DNA from: Chrysomallon squamiferum
Lineage: Eukaryota; Animalia; Mollusca
Reading direction: 5' to 3'
DNA length: 64,000 bases
Assembly: GCA_012295275.1 (NCBI GenBank)
Contig: CM022677.1
Location: 18,724,001 to 18,788,000 of the forward strand
Positions 1 to 14,103 of this stretch are shown here, piece by piece (within the stretch, counting starts at the first letter, position 1; every line of letters starts with the position of its first letter). A program made the translations under genes and the position numbers. The notes beneath the pieces were generated by a model, which was not told the DNA's origin, searched no databases, and was given only the letters and a program-made list of their open reading frames with translations.

Positions 1-689
1 CAGAAACTGAGAACTGTGATTGTTCATTTAATGTTTCATCACGACTCTAATAATACAGTAATATGGCGGATCATTGTTCATTTAGTGTGATCTCGGGACA
101 TTCCAACATGGAAATTATATCAAATGAAAAATAAATAAATGAATAAAAAATGTTTTATAATTATTATTATAAGTAAGGATTGTTATTATTAATTTTTTGC
201 CCAGAAATCAGTTTACCTAAGTTGAAAAAATAGATTACTGTGAAAACTACTTTAGAATGATGACGTCACAGTTTTTATTTTTAGCATTGCAAACAATATA
301 TCTCTCTGTCTTTAGGTTACGAGGTGTTAGGAAATTGAAACCAAAAACTACACAGAAAAAAAAAATAATTATAAAATAAATAAATAAAATAAACAACAAC
401 AAATAAACAAACCAAAACAAAACAAAACAAAACAAAATAAATATCGTTTTGTACCGGCCCTGTTCCCCTCCTCTGTGACGATTCTGAATCAGTCCCTTGC
501 TCCAACTAACTTGAACGTCCACAATAAAGAAAAGAAGAAACATGATCTCCTAAACCCGCTTTTAAAACAGGTCTTTATAGATCTCATGTGAGGTATCCAG
601 TTTAGTAGCTAGTCACGTTTTTGATTGTATCAGACACTAACTTTTGTTTTGTGTGCGTATGAATGAGACATGGGGTCAAAGAGCATTTT

Positions 690-754
690 TTATATCTGAG
701 AACAGAAAATGTTTTGCAATGTTTAATAATAATAATAATAATCCTAAATCTAAC

Positions 755-819
<65 letters not shown>

Positions 820-1400
820 TAATAACAACAACAACAACAACAACAACAATAACAATATTAATAGCATCTTCAGTCTCACCACTTTTACATAATATGCATA
901 TTCTTTCTGCTCTCTCACTATTCCTGTATCTCCCAGTCTCATTTACCAGCTGATGTGTAGATAGCCTCACTTTAGTTCAGTATCTTTTATAAATCATTGT
1001 TATAGATTTAACTAAATGAAACAGAAACGTTACACCATCTGTGATGTATTTATAGAAATTGTCACATTTCACAGTTGTATTTAAGTGAATTGAAAGATTC
1101 TGCCTTACTTCGTCATATATTATATGCATAATTATGAAAAAAACATTTTTTTTTTATATTTTCATTAATCTATCGATATGTGTCCAAATCCCAATTCATA
1201 TAAAGTTCTCCTAATAAAAGTCATCTAATTATTTATCGAAAATATTTTTGAGTCTCAAAATTAGTAATTTTAATAGAGGTATTTCGCGCGGAGAGCAAAG
1301 TCTTTTGATAACCTGGACTGAAACTAGTCTATTTACAAAGTGAGAGGCGTGACAGACAGATTATTATGTGCCATATAATTAGGAGACTTTAAACTTTGCC
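690..1400 (-). mobile_element. LINE (CR1/Crack/L2-like) ORF2 3' fragment
   Basis: RLSTHQLVNETGRY...ERICILCKSGETED...HCKTFSVLR resembles the C-terminal RxSxHxLxxExGR / CCHC region of these LINEs. It is split by an (AAT)n run. Confidence 0.75.
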
Positions 1401-1560
1401 AAGTAACATGTATACATATCTAACTACATGTTTCGAATTAGATAAACAGAGAGATAGGCAGACACACCTCTTCACACACACACATACACATAATATACTC
1501 AGACCCACACATACGCCCTCATTTTCCTGCTGGGGATTTCCTGTGTCACTAATAACAGAT

Positions 1561-1812
1561 GAGGGGTCACCAAGCCTTTTCAACATGAGAGCTACTTGAC
1601 AGGTACAGAGTTAAGGTCTATCAGTTTGTTACCCTCTCCTGAAATAAAAACTTTGTTCAGTTTATTTTTCGTTGTATATTATTATTAAAAATACCTATCT
1701 GTCTGATCATGCAGATGACGTTTGTGATGTTTCAGAATAACAAAGTCAGATACAGATAAGATCAGTATTCAAACTTGGGGGCGACCTGGTGCACGTGTTG
1801 GTGTGATTCCTG
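1561..1812. mobile_element. hAT MITE, short copy
   Basis: Ends gAGGGGTCACCAA...TTGGTGtgATTCCTG with 8-bp TSD TAACAGAT / TAACAGAG. An apparent empty site with a single TAACAGAG lies at about 35572-35579. Confidence 0.75.
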
Positions 1813-2122
1813 TAACAGAGTAAAATGGCGGATCATTGTTGATTTAGTCGGACCTTTGGACACGACAAAACTTGGTAATTATATCAAAGGAAAAAAAAAA
1901 AATAATAAAAATAATAAAAAGAAAATAAAATCAAGAAATACAAAAATGTGTAATAATAAGTAAGGTTTGTTATTATTAATTCCCCACCCCACAAGATAGC
2001 AGTTTGCTTATGCTGCTAAAAATAGATTACTGAGATTTGCTGTGGTTCAAGTGTGTCTGTGAAAGGTTTGATATGTTATCAGTGTATTTGATAAACTCAG
2101 ATTATTAATACAAAATCAGCAT

Positions 2123-2200
<78 letters not shown>

Positions 2201-2251
2201 CTCTCTCTCTCTGTCTCTCTCTCTGTCTCTCTCTATCTCTCTCTCTCTCTG

Positions 2252-2342
<91 letters not shown>

Positions 2343-2409
2343 CGTTAACAAGACACTGAAACTAAAAATTTACCGTTAATCAACGTCGAACACAACAGCA
2401 CATTATTAA

Positions 2410-3040
2410 AATATGGATAAATTAAATTTCTGTCTGGATATTTGTTCTGATCGCCATTTCAGTAATTGTAATTAATATATATACGACGAAAACAGTGTGA
2501 AAACGTATTTTAGAAAACTTGGCTGTTCGTGTTTAAGATGGCGTGGAATGAGATGTCATCATCATTCACGTCGTACAGCGGCAGATAACTCTAACAATAA
2601 AGTACATCTGGTAACAAGGTAAGACGTCATTCTGAGTTCTGCAACTACGACGACATCTTGTAGTAACACAAGAGAAGCTGGTTCAGACGAAATGTGGGAA
2701 CTGGACGGAAATCTTGACCTTCTGGGTAATTATACTCACAGCGCGACGTACAAACAAAGAAAAACATTTAACTGAAGACCACTAGCAATTCTTTAGTTAA
2801 GATTCAGGACACGAGAAGAATGGAAAGATGCATGTTTGAGTTTGTGACAGTGTTAGGAATCGCATACATGAATAACAAGAAGTCTCCAGTTTTTTTCCTA
2901 TAGTCATTTCATGGAGTATTTTGATTTGAAATTTGTGGAAAAGTTTGACGTCAAGAAAGGAAAGTCGGTTGATGTTAAAGATAAAGGTCACGGAGTTTGT
3001 CTCAGCAAAGTTATGGAACATATGACGTCACGATACGGTA
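2410..3040 (+). pseudogene. Possible degenerate alpha-1,2-fucosyltransferase (GT11)-like exon
   Basis: Non-repetitive, less AT-rich island. Hydrophobic ISVWIFVLIAISVIVINIY near 2427-2483, and RRMERCMFEFVTVLGIAYMNNKKSPVF near 2814-2895, which resembles GRLGNQMFQYASLxGIAxxN. Several stops and frameshifts. Confidence 0.4.
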
Positions 3041-4245
3041 AAGTTAGGATAGAGAGAAAAGGGAAAAGGACGCACACACACGCACACACACACAGGCATT
3101 CTCAGGCACAGACATACACAAAACAGAAAGACAGAAAGAGAGAAAGAAAAAGAAAAAAATGAAATGAATTTTTTTAAAGTTATTATTTCATTTATTCGTC
3201 GAGTAGTTTGTTGTTGTTGTAGTAGTAGTAGTAGTAAAAACAGCAAAAATAATGAAAAGGATGATTCACCTGATATGTTTTCATTTTTGACAGGCTCGAT
3301 TTATATATGTTTATATATAATTAATTAATAAATTAAAAAAACCAATAACAACATCAACAATAATAATGATAATAATAATAACAATGACGATGATTTTAGG
3401 TATATAAAGACAACTCTACGCTAAATACTTTTTATGTGAGTTATTCGTGTTTTTTTAACACATGTATAATGCAGTTTCATTTAAACAAATGTAACAATTA
3501 TCAATAAGATTTCGATTCCAACCTCCGAGTTTCCCGTCAAGGGAAGTAACTCTGTTTATCAAATGTTAACTAAATGAAAACCCTGATTATACCGCCTGAT
3601 CTCTTTTTGAAACCGGTTTATATATAGATATGTATATAAAGTGAAGCAATATTCATGAAGAAGAATATAATCATTATAATGATTTCAGTATTATTGCTAT
3701 TTCAGATCAATGGTCAAAGAAATACTGTAAATGCAAGTACATAATGATACATATATTTTAATTATTTTAAAATATATATTTTTTCCCAAGCATTAGTATT
3801 CACATACTTACTTACTTAATTAATTAATTATATTTTTTTATATCTTTTTGTTTTACATTTTATTATTTTTAATGTTTTCCTTATTTAATTCCGTCTGAAG
3901 AAACAGCTGAAGGCAATTTCATAGTGAACATTTTATGATAACCAATTTTATAAATATAACAGTTGATATAAAATTTATTAAAAATCACTAATACGTATTT
4001 TTTTTCGTTTTGATTATTTTCTTTTCTGACCAATTAAATATATATATATGTTTGTTTATTTATTTATTTTGGCGTGTTTACGTGTGGCAGTAAGACTTGA
4101 CCCATTTTTTTGTTCCAGTTCATTGAAACTGCGAACTGTGATTGTTCCTTTGATGTTTTCTGACGACTCTAATAATAGAGTAATATGGCGGATAATTATT
4201 GATTTAATGGAATCTCGGGATTCATCAACATGGGAATTATATGAA

Positions 4246-4276
<31 letters not shown>

Positions 4277-4368
4277 ATGTATTTCTTCGAAAACAATAAT
4301 AAGTAAGGTTGGTTATTATTAATACTAAATCAGTACAACTTCTTAACTGTTGTTTAAATCATTTTGAG

Positions 4369-4875
4369 CAGTGCTGCCCAACCTTTTCCGAACATGGGCC
4401 GGATTTAAGAAAAAAACGATGCCAGTGGGTTGGACTCACATTTCTACCCTTTCATTTTTTAATACAACTACTTGAAATGATTTGAAAAAGTATTCAGAAC
4501 TGCAAAACATTGATTCTATTATTCTATTTATAGAAATTATCCATTATACGACTATAATTCATAACTCAATTTAAACATAGGGGTCCTACATATGATACTA
4601 TTTCTATTACTTCTTCACTGCTATCCAAAAATTTAAAGTCTCCAGATGTTACATGAATACGAAATGACCATTAAAAATTTTGATTTAGAACCTTACATTC
4701 TATAAAACAAATTTAACAATTGACCAAGATTAAAAAAAGCATAAAACATTTCTTCAAATAAATGGCTTTGTATTTCAATAATAAAACAATTTTACTGAAT
4801 AATTAAGGAATAAACTGAAGACTGACTAGCGGGCAGGATTCTAAGGGTTCGTGGCTCGGACGTTGGGCAGCACTG
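4369..4875. mobile_element. hAT (Charlie-like) MITE
   Basis: Perfect 14-bp TIR CAGTGCTGCCCAAC / GTTGGGCAGCACTG. The 8-bp flanks ATTTTGAG / GTTTCGAG match 6/8. Confidence 0.85.
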
Positions 4876-4975
4876 GTTTCGAGTGTTACAGCGAGTGTAT
4901 CAAAATAAAAATAAAATACGAAGCCAAGATCAATCACTCGAATCAGTTCTTTATTGGTCACGCAATTCCAGGAAG

Positions 4976-5859
4976 TCCGTCTGTCTTTCTCTCAGTCCCT
5001 CTCTTTCTGTTTGTCTGTCTGTCTCTGTCTCCCGTTCTCTCTGTGTCCCATTCTTTCTCTCTCTGTCTCTCTCTTTCTACCATTCTTTACCTTTCTCTGC
5101 TTCTGTCTCTTCCAGTCCATCTGTCTTTCTCTCAGTCCCTCTCCTTCTGTTTCTCTGTCTGTCTCTGTCTCCCATTCTTTCTCTCTCTGTCTCTCTCTTT
5201 CTACCATTCTTTACCTTTCTCTGCTTCTGTCTCTTCCAGTCCATCTGTCCTTCTCTCAGTCCCTCTCCTTCTGTTTCTCTGTCTGTCTCTGTCTCCCATT
5301 CTCTCTGTCTCCCATTCTTTCTCTCTCTGTCTCTCTCTTTCTACCATTCTTTACCTTTCTCTGCTTCTGTCTCTTCCAGTCCATCTGTCCTTCTCTCAGT
5401 CCCTCTCCTTCTGTTTCTCTGTCTGTCTCTGTCTCCCGTTCTCTCTGTCTCCCATTCTTTCTCTCTCTGTCTCTGTCTTCCATTCTGTCTCTCTCTTTCT
5501 ACCATTCTTTACCTTTCTCTGCTTCTGTCTCTTCCAGTCCATCTGTCTTTCTCTCAGTCCCTCTCCTTCTGTTTTTCTTTCTGTTTCTCTCTCTGTCTCT
5601 CTCTTTCTGCCATTCTTTGTCTTTCTCTGTGCCTGTCTCTCTGTCTGCCACTGTGATTGTCTTTCTGTATGTGTCTGTCTGTCTGTCTGTCTCTCTCTAT
5701 GCCTCTCTATTTCCCATTCCTTATCAATGTGTCTCTCTTTCTGCTCTCTTTGTTGCAATCTGTCTCTGTCTCTCTGTCTCTGTGTCTCCTCTTTGTCCCA
5801 TTCTTTCTCTGTTTCGGTGTCTGTCTCTCTGTCTGTGTCTCTCATTCTCTTTCTGTATG

Positions 5860-5918
<59 letters not shown>

Positions 5919-5990
5919 TTCGGCTCTCTGTCTGTGTCTCTGATTTTCGTTCTGTATGTCTCTGTCTCTCTCTTTGTCCCTCTCTATTTC
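4976..5990. repeat. CT-rich compound repeat with about 5 higher-order units of about 120-160 bp
   Basis: Recurring gtccatctgtc...ctaccattctttacctttctctgcttctgtctcttcca block decaying into (CT)n. Confidence 0.9.
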
Positions 5991-6019
5991 CGATATCTCC
6001 ACTTCTTAGTTATAGAAAA

Positions 6020-6564
6020 TTACTGAAAGCAATAAATTCCGAAGTTGTGTTCGTCGATCTCCTTTTCAAGATTTTTAGAGTTCTGCACGCGCAGTTCAAT
6101 ACTGTCGTCTGCTTTCAGTTCAAACAGCGCGCCTTGCTAAGTGGGAGTAAACCCTGCTGTCGCTGATGACGTCACCACACACTGAGACTGGAAAAGTTCG
6201 AGTCATCTCTCTTGTTTCCCGCCATTTCTAAGCCAGGTGGCATGAGCAGAAGTGGCGTCGTCTTGTATTTGGCTGTTCACGAAAACTTCAATGCGGCCAT
6301 GTTTGTAGATCATCTTCTTCCCAGTGAAAGCAGAGTCTTGTTTCCAATGGAGTATAGATGGTCGTTCTGAGTAAAAATAATAATAATAATAAGAAGAAGA
6401 ATAAGAATAAGAATAATAATAATAATAATAATAATAAATATAATAATCATAATAATAATCATAATCATAATCATAATTGTTTAGCAAACTCTCTTTCTCT
6501 ATCTCTCTTAAGTACACCTACATATCCACATTAAAGCTAGACAATCTAATAAAGAGACGGATAA

Positions 6565-6618
<54 letters not shown>

Positions 6619-7895
6619 TTATAATAAATAGCTAATATGGTAAATAATGAACACATCTGTTATTTAAAAATGATATTTAATACTTTAATAATTCATTACA
6701 GTTTAACCTTTGATGAACTTTGACCTCACCTGACCTCAACCCTTCAATTTGGATTAGACGTGCTGAGATGCCACTTTCTTTATCAAGAACAAATTGAGAA
6801 TCTAAAAAACAACGACACAGACATGTGACCCTGTATTTGTGTATAGGTCGGCGTATGTGTATGTGTAAGTGTGTATGTATGTGTTTGTGTGTGCATGTGT
6901 TTATATATGTTGTAAGGTATTTGTGTATCTGTGTATCTGTATTAATATGTCCGTATGTATGTGTGTGTGTATGTGTGTTAACGTGTGTGTGTGTATGTGT
7001 GTTAACGTGTGTGTATGCTTGTGTAGGTCTATTTGTGTGTGCATGTGTGTCTATGTATGTATGTGTGTGTATGTAAGTGTGTGTTTGTCACAAATGTCAG
7101 TTTTTTGTTGTAAATTTATTAAGTATGTTATTGTATATCAAGAATGATTTGCTACTCACTTTTGGCTCTCTCTTTTTCTCTTTCTACAAACTGCGAATAA
7201 ATAGAATTGCAGAAAAGAATCAACATATTTTGTTTGAGATATAACAACATACATATATACATACATACGTAAATAAATAAATAAATAAATAATAATAAAG
7301 GATCTGGCATATTAAAACCTACTTAAATGTGTGTATTTGTGTTTGTGTGTGTGTGTGTGTGTGGGTGTGTTTGAGAGAGCGCGCGCGTGTGTGTGTGCGT
7401 GTGAGAGAGAGAGACAGAGAGAGGGAGAGAGAGAGAGAGAGAGAGAAAGAGAAAGAGAGAAAGAGAGCCATTCGCATTGTAAACTATTTTAGAATGATGA
7501 CGTCACAGATAAATGAATAAAATTAACAACAACAAATAAACAAAACAAAACAAAACAAAACAAATATCGTTTTCTTCATGATACTAAAAACACTGAATCC
7601 TCAGTACCGGCCCTGTTCCCCCTCCTCTGTGACTATTCTGAATCAGTCCCTTGCTCCAACTAACTTGAACGTGCACAATAAAGAAAAGAAGAAACATGAT
7701 CTCTGACACCCGCTTTTAAAACACGTGTTTATAGATCTTCTGTGAGGTATCCAGTTTAGTAACTAGTCACGTTTTTTATATGTCAGTGATTAACTATTGT
7801 TTTGTGAATGAGACATGGGTTCAAAAAGTATCTTTTATATCTGACATCTTTTGCAATGTATAACAATAGTAATAATAATAATAATAACAATAGTA

Positions 7896-7932
<37 letters not shown>

Positions 7933-8312
7933 TAAAAACCTTTCTTACGATGTCGATAAGGTTTCGCTCACGACCAGCACAGCAGAGATTTCCATCTTCT
8001 CGAACGTCGAAGTCGTAGATGTTGTCAGTTTTGTCATCGTCGGTGAGATAAACATCTTTGCATGGAAAGCAGACGTTGTCGTCACACTGCACCTGTGGTG
8101 AAATATAAAGAAATATAAAGATCAACAAAAAAGATGTTGATGAAAACAAAAAGGACAATGACCGCTGTCCAGAATTTGTTTTTCTCTTTTTCTCTTTCTA
8201 AATTTTCTTCTCCATTTGGTTTGATGAGTGGCTCGTCACTGCTACCTGGATAACGCCTTTTTCTCTGTTTCACTTTTTTGTTTCGTATCAAACTTTTGTT
8301 GTTATGATCCAT
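6020..8312 (-). pseudogene. TNF-superfamily ligand pseudogene, copy A
   Basis: Exons 8312-7940, 7190-7160 (31), 6801-6730 (72) and 6366-6020. Lesions: +1 nt in the A-run 8127-8132, 24-nt stalk deletion, 39-nt deletion removing KTPGTCFIYAHLV, nonsense TGA 6203-6205 and TAG 6137-6139. Confidence 0.9.
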
Positions 8313-9396
8313 TTCTTTTGTATCTCAGAAAACTTGTATATCGCTCAGATACAAACTGCGAACTGAGAAATGTTTGTTTGATGTTTCTTTAAGACGTTTT
8401 GCGACTAATGAAATGATTAAACTTGAAACACCGTCCTATATGATCTGTGAGTGGGATGAGTCATTTCCTTTTGCCAGCTATCAGATCTGTGAATGGGGTG
8501 AGACATGGCGTTTTGCCAGCTATCAATGACAGTCATACTATTCATCATGCGATTTACAGTTGATCTTTCAAACTTGTCATTTGGCTACACCTTAAACGCA
8601 ATCTGATAATCATTGTCTCTTAGACAACAACTCCGTCATGTGACTTCGGAACTGTTTTTAATTTGTACTGTAATCCTAGAGGTCTTTGCAAAGTCACTGT
8701 CTACGTCACTGTATACACCCTGTGATTCTGAACTTTTGGCAGTTATTTTGGTTTCAGGTACTGAGTCAAATGGGTTCATGAGTCAGACAGTGTTCGTTGT
8801 AGTGATTAGTGTTTCATTTCAGTTCTTTATGATTGTTAGCTTTACAGCATATTAAAGTACAAAAGGAAAAAGAAGAATAAGAAAAAAGAAATGAAATATT
8901 CAACTCATTAGTTCATTCATTCATCGATTACTTGAGTATTTTCGTTTAGTTTAGTTTATGGGTTGTTGTTGTTGTTTTCGTCGTCGTCGTGGTAGTAGTA
9001 GTAGTATAAACAACAAGTATCAAAAAGGATGTTTCAGCAGAGGTCCTTTCAGTTTTGACAGACTCCATTTATATATAATTAACTAATAAAAAGAACAACA
9101 ATAGCAACAACAGCAGCAACAACAACGACAACAACGACAACAATAATAATAATAGTAATGACCATGAACTTAAGTTTATAATGACAACTCTGCGCCAAAT
9201 ACTAAATAAATAAATAAACGTTTTATGTGTGTTATAGCAGTATTCTGAACACATGTATAATCCAGTTTTATTTAAACAAATAACAATTATCTATAACAGT
9301 TTCATTTTTATTCAATAGTTGAAAAAATATCTAAAAACAAACTTATTTATTTATTTATTTATATTTTTATTTATGCTGTTTTCATTATTATATTTT

Positions 9397-9495
<99 letters not shown>

Positions 9496-10511
9496 CTTCC
9501 CTATGTGAAATATTTACACACGATATCGTCTATCCAACCAGTGGATTTCAGTTTTGTTATTATCTATAATACATTCTTCTCTGTACTGTAATCCTGTAGT
9601 TTATGACAATAAACTTAATGTCATTGTCAAAGACATTGCAACGTCATATAAAGTAATTGCGAAGTTATTTTGAAAGTCATTGCAAAGTAATTATCAAATC
9701 ATTCCATGCACCCAGTGATTCGGGTCTGATTACCTACTCTGCCAACTATTTTTCAGTAACAGTAGACTTAGTCCTTTTTTGTAATGTATATGTTATGACA
9801 CTAGATATTTGACGTAACGCCCAGCACTGTGAAGCTCTAGGCGTAATGGAAAAATGATATCAATTCAGGCAGTCAGTCAAAAGGCTTTAATGCTTTGCTT
9901 ACAACTGTTCATTGTAGGGATTAGTGGTTCAATTCAGTTCTTTATTATCATAATCTTTACAGCCTATTGATATGCAATGTCAATGCAAAATGTAAAAAGT
10001 ACATTTTGATTAATCTGGTTCTGGTCTATCGACATGTATCCAAATCCCAGTTCATATCAAGTTTTCCTAACAAAAGTCATCCAATTATTTTTCTATAATA
10101 TATAATACGGTGCCAGGGCATAGAAGTCTTAGTACTGTCTGTAATTTTTGATAAACTGGACTGAAACTAGTCTATATACAAATTGAGGGCCGTTCCAGGC
10201 ACATTATTATGGGCGATATGAATAATTTTGCAGGAGACTTTAATCTTAGACAACTAACTTGTATATATTTCCAACAAGATGGCAGAATTGCAGAAGAAAT
10301 GTGTCAGCTGAAATAAACAGTGCGATATTTCAAATTTAAAAGCAGTGCAACAACTTGGACAAAGTCTCTGTGACTGGTACCCGAAGGTTTTGATTAAAAG
10401 TTTATTTTGTAAAAAGTACACAAAACATTTGACAGAGATTCCACAGGACCACTTAAAAGTTTGAAAAGTTATAAATATATTTCTACCCCGTCTCATATAT
10501 ATATATATATT

Positions 10512-10576
<65 letters not shown>

Positions 10577-11268
10577 ATACACAAACATATATATATATAT
10601 ATGTATGTATGTATATAGACACAAACACATTCATGCCTCCCATTACAAGTTTATTGTGATATTAAGACGAGATCTCGCTATTTTCACAGCAAGGGACACA
10701 CGCACAGCAGAAACTGAGAACTGTGTTTGTTGTTTGATGTTTCCTCACGACTCTGATAATACAGTAATATGGCGGATCATTGTTCATTTAGTGTGACCTC
10801 GGGACATGCCAACATGGAAATTATATCAAACGAAAAATAAATAAATGAACAAAAAAAAAAAGAGTAAGGTTTATTACAATTATTATTATTATTTTGTTCG
10901 CTCTTCTCCCCAGAAATCAGTTGGGGTTTACCCACCGGGCTAAAAATAGATTACTGAGAATTACTGTGGTTCAAATGTGAAAGGTTTGATATCTGATATT
11001 ATCAGTGCAGATCGTAACCTCAGTTTATTAAACATCTTTAAATAAAAATAATTTAATACTAAATTTTAATACAATTTTTCAAGATATCGCTGTCACTTAG
11101 ATATACTGTGATATCTTGTTTGAACAGACGTAAATTATACATGACTAAGAAACACGTGTTAGAGTTTAATCTTTTCTTTTGTTTGTTTATCTCTTACAGC
11201 TGGTATGTGAAATGAAAGACGTCATATCTATTTCACTGTTTCATACATATATTGAATAATATGAATAA

Positions 11269-11360
<92 letters not shown>

Positions 11361-12076
11361 GGACATTAAATATGTTTATCCCTGAAGGTAAAATAGCACA
11401 CCTCAGTAAGTATTTGAATATGCAAGTATATCAAATAACATTCTGCTTAGCAGGACGTTAGCGTGACAGACAGTTGATAACAACACTACTGTGTTATCTC
11501 TGCTTGCAGTTACTCATAGTGTTGACATCAGATTTACCGATATTCTCACCCACTGTTTTAGAGATAATATCTAGAGATTAATTTGTTCAGTCTGATCTCA
11601 GACTAAAAAGTATTCTCCAAAATAATTGTTATATTTCAGTACATACATACATACATACATATTAACACACACACACAAATACACGCATACACACATACGT
11701 ACATACAAATATATATATATATATAGAAGTACGTAACCCACTGGTTACTCACTACATAAAAACAGGCGTCTAAGGAATAAAGAAACAAAACGAGGTTTCA
11801 AATTAAAGGGTTTTAATATTAGTAAATTCCTGATATAGCAATGTTAACATTTACAACATGGTATTTCTAGCATCTCCAAGGAGGACAAACTGACCACGTC
11901 AACAAAACAAATCATAATAAAATTTCTACAGTAGCAAAACACAATAAAATGACAAAACTGATTCTCATCAAAGTTCTGTAAGTAAAAGTTATGTCTGTGA
12001 TTTGTAAGTTTGTGTTTCGTGTTTAATCATTTTCTTTTACTAAATCACGACATCTCCGCTTGTTAGTTATAGAAAA

Positions 12077-12521
12077 TTACTGAAAGCAATAAATTCCGAA
12101 GTTGTGTTTGTTGTTGTATTTTTCAAGACGTTTAGAGTTCTGAACGCGCAGTTCAATACTGTCGTCTGCTTTCAGTTCAAACAACGCGCCTTGGTAAGTG
12201 GGAGTAAACCCTGCTGTCCCTGATGACGTCACACAATACTGAGACTGGAAAAGTTCGAGTAATTTCTCTTCGTGTTTCCCGCCATTTCTAAGCCAGATGG
12301 AATGAACAGAAGTGGCGACGTCTTGTGTTTGGTCGTTCACGAAAACAAGATGAGCGTAAATAAAGCACGTGCCAGGCGTTTTTACTTGAATGCGGCCATC
12401 TTTGTACATCATCTTCTTCCCAATGAACGCAGAGTCTCGTTTCCAATGGAGTATATTTTGTCCTTCTGCAAAATAATAATAATAATAATAATCATAATAC
12501 TAATACTAATACTACTACTAC

Positions 12522-12582
<61 letters not shown>

Positions 12583-12646
12583 TGTTCAGCAAACTCTCTT
12601 TCTCTATGTTCATTCGATCTAAGCAATCTAGTAAAGAGACTTATAA

Positions 12647-12685
<39 letters not shown>

Positions 12686-14057
12686 TTATAATAAATAGCT
12701 AATATGGTAACATAATGAACACATCTGTCATTTAAAAATGTTATTTAATACTTTAATAATTCATTACAGTTTAACCTTTGATGAACTTTGACCTCACCTG
12801 ACCTCACCCAGTCAATTTGGCGTAGATGTGCTGAACGGTCACTCTCCCCATGAAAACTCAATTCAGAATCTAAAGAAATATGACATATATATATATATAT
12901 ATATTTCAACGTTAATGTTTTTAACTATGCGTACTACATTTAGCACACGCACACTCTATATTGAGCATATCTCGGTCGATTCCGGTCAGTCGGAACACCT
13001 CGTCACATTCCGCTACGCTTATATTTCAAAGAAATGTACGAAATGTTCCGAATGTATAACGAGGTACGGAATCGACCGAGTTTTAACGAATCCCGCCTCT
13101 ACAACAATTTCAATATTAGTCAGCGGTTAGCACGAAGTCGGGATTGTTTAGTTATTCACTGCCCACTGCCCATAACATGTCTATTTATAGAACCGGGGAT
13201 TTCCACGTCGATAGTTTTATATTTCCTCAATCATCGGATGAATAAAAATAGAATATACTAATGTTTATAGGATCACTGGATGGCAAATTAATTCACAGTT
13301 GATACATTATTAACACGACCAGTCGGCCTAGTTAGAAACAGTTGTGATCAGACCGAACCAGTCGTTTACTAGACAATGTCGTTCAGACGTGCCTTACTAA
13401 CGAAGCCTGAATATGTAGTTTAAAACGTACCTGTGTGTTTTCTGGGGTTTTTTTTAGTTATATATTGTAGGTATATATATGTTTTGTGTGTGTCTGTTTG
13501 TGTGTGTGTGTGTCGGTGTGTGTGTTTATTCTCGTATTAATGAGTGACACAATCAGACAGAGAAACAGACAGACAGACAGACAGACAGAGAAATAGACAG
13601 ACAGACAGACAGACAGGGGCAGATAGACACAGAGAAGAAGAGATCAGTTTTTTGATTTTTCAAATTTTCGAGGAATTTATGTGTGTATCTGGATGTATGT
13701 TTGTGTATGTGTGTATGTGTGTATGTGTGTATGTGTATCTGAATGTATGTGTATGTATGTGTATATGTGTATGTGTGTGTGCCACAAATGACAGTTTTTA
13801 GTTGTAAATTTATTAAGAATATTATTGTATATTAAGAATGATTTACTACTCACGTTTGGCTCTCTCTTGCTGGTACTGTGTTTCTACAAACTGCGAATAA
13901 ATAGAATTGTAGAAAAGAATCAATAATTGGTTGATATATTACAGCATACATACATACATACTTACATATATGCATACATAAATACATATATACGTAGTAA
14001 TAATAAAAAAAAATACTACGACTACTAATACTAATAATAATAATAATAATGATGATG

Positions 14058-14103
<46 letters not shown>

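Noticed and set aside
4851-6166. Long ORFs up to 391 aa
   Set aside because: Open in all frames because CT-rich repeats lack stop codons; low-complexity S/L/C/F translation.
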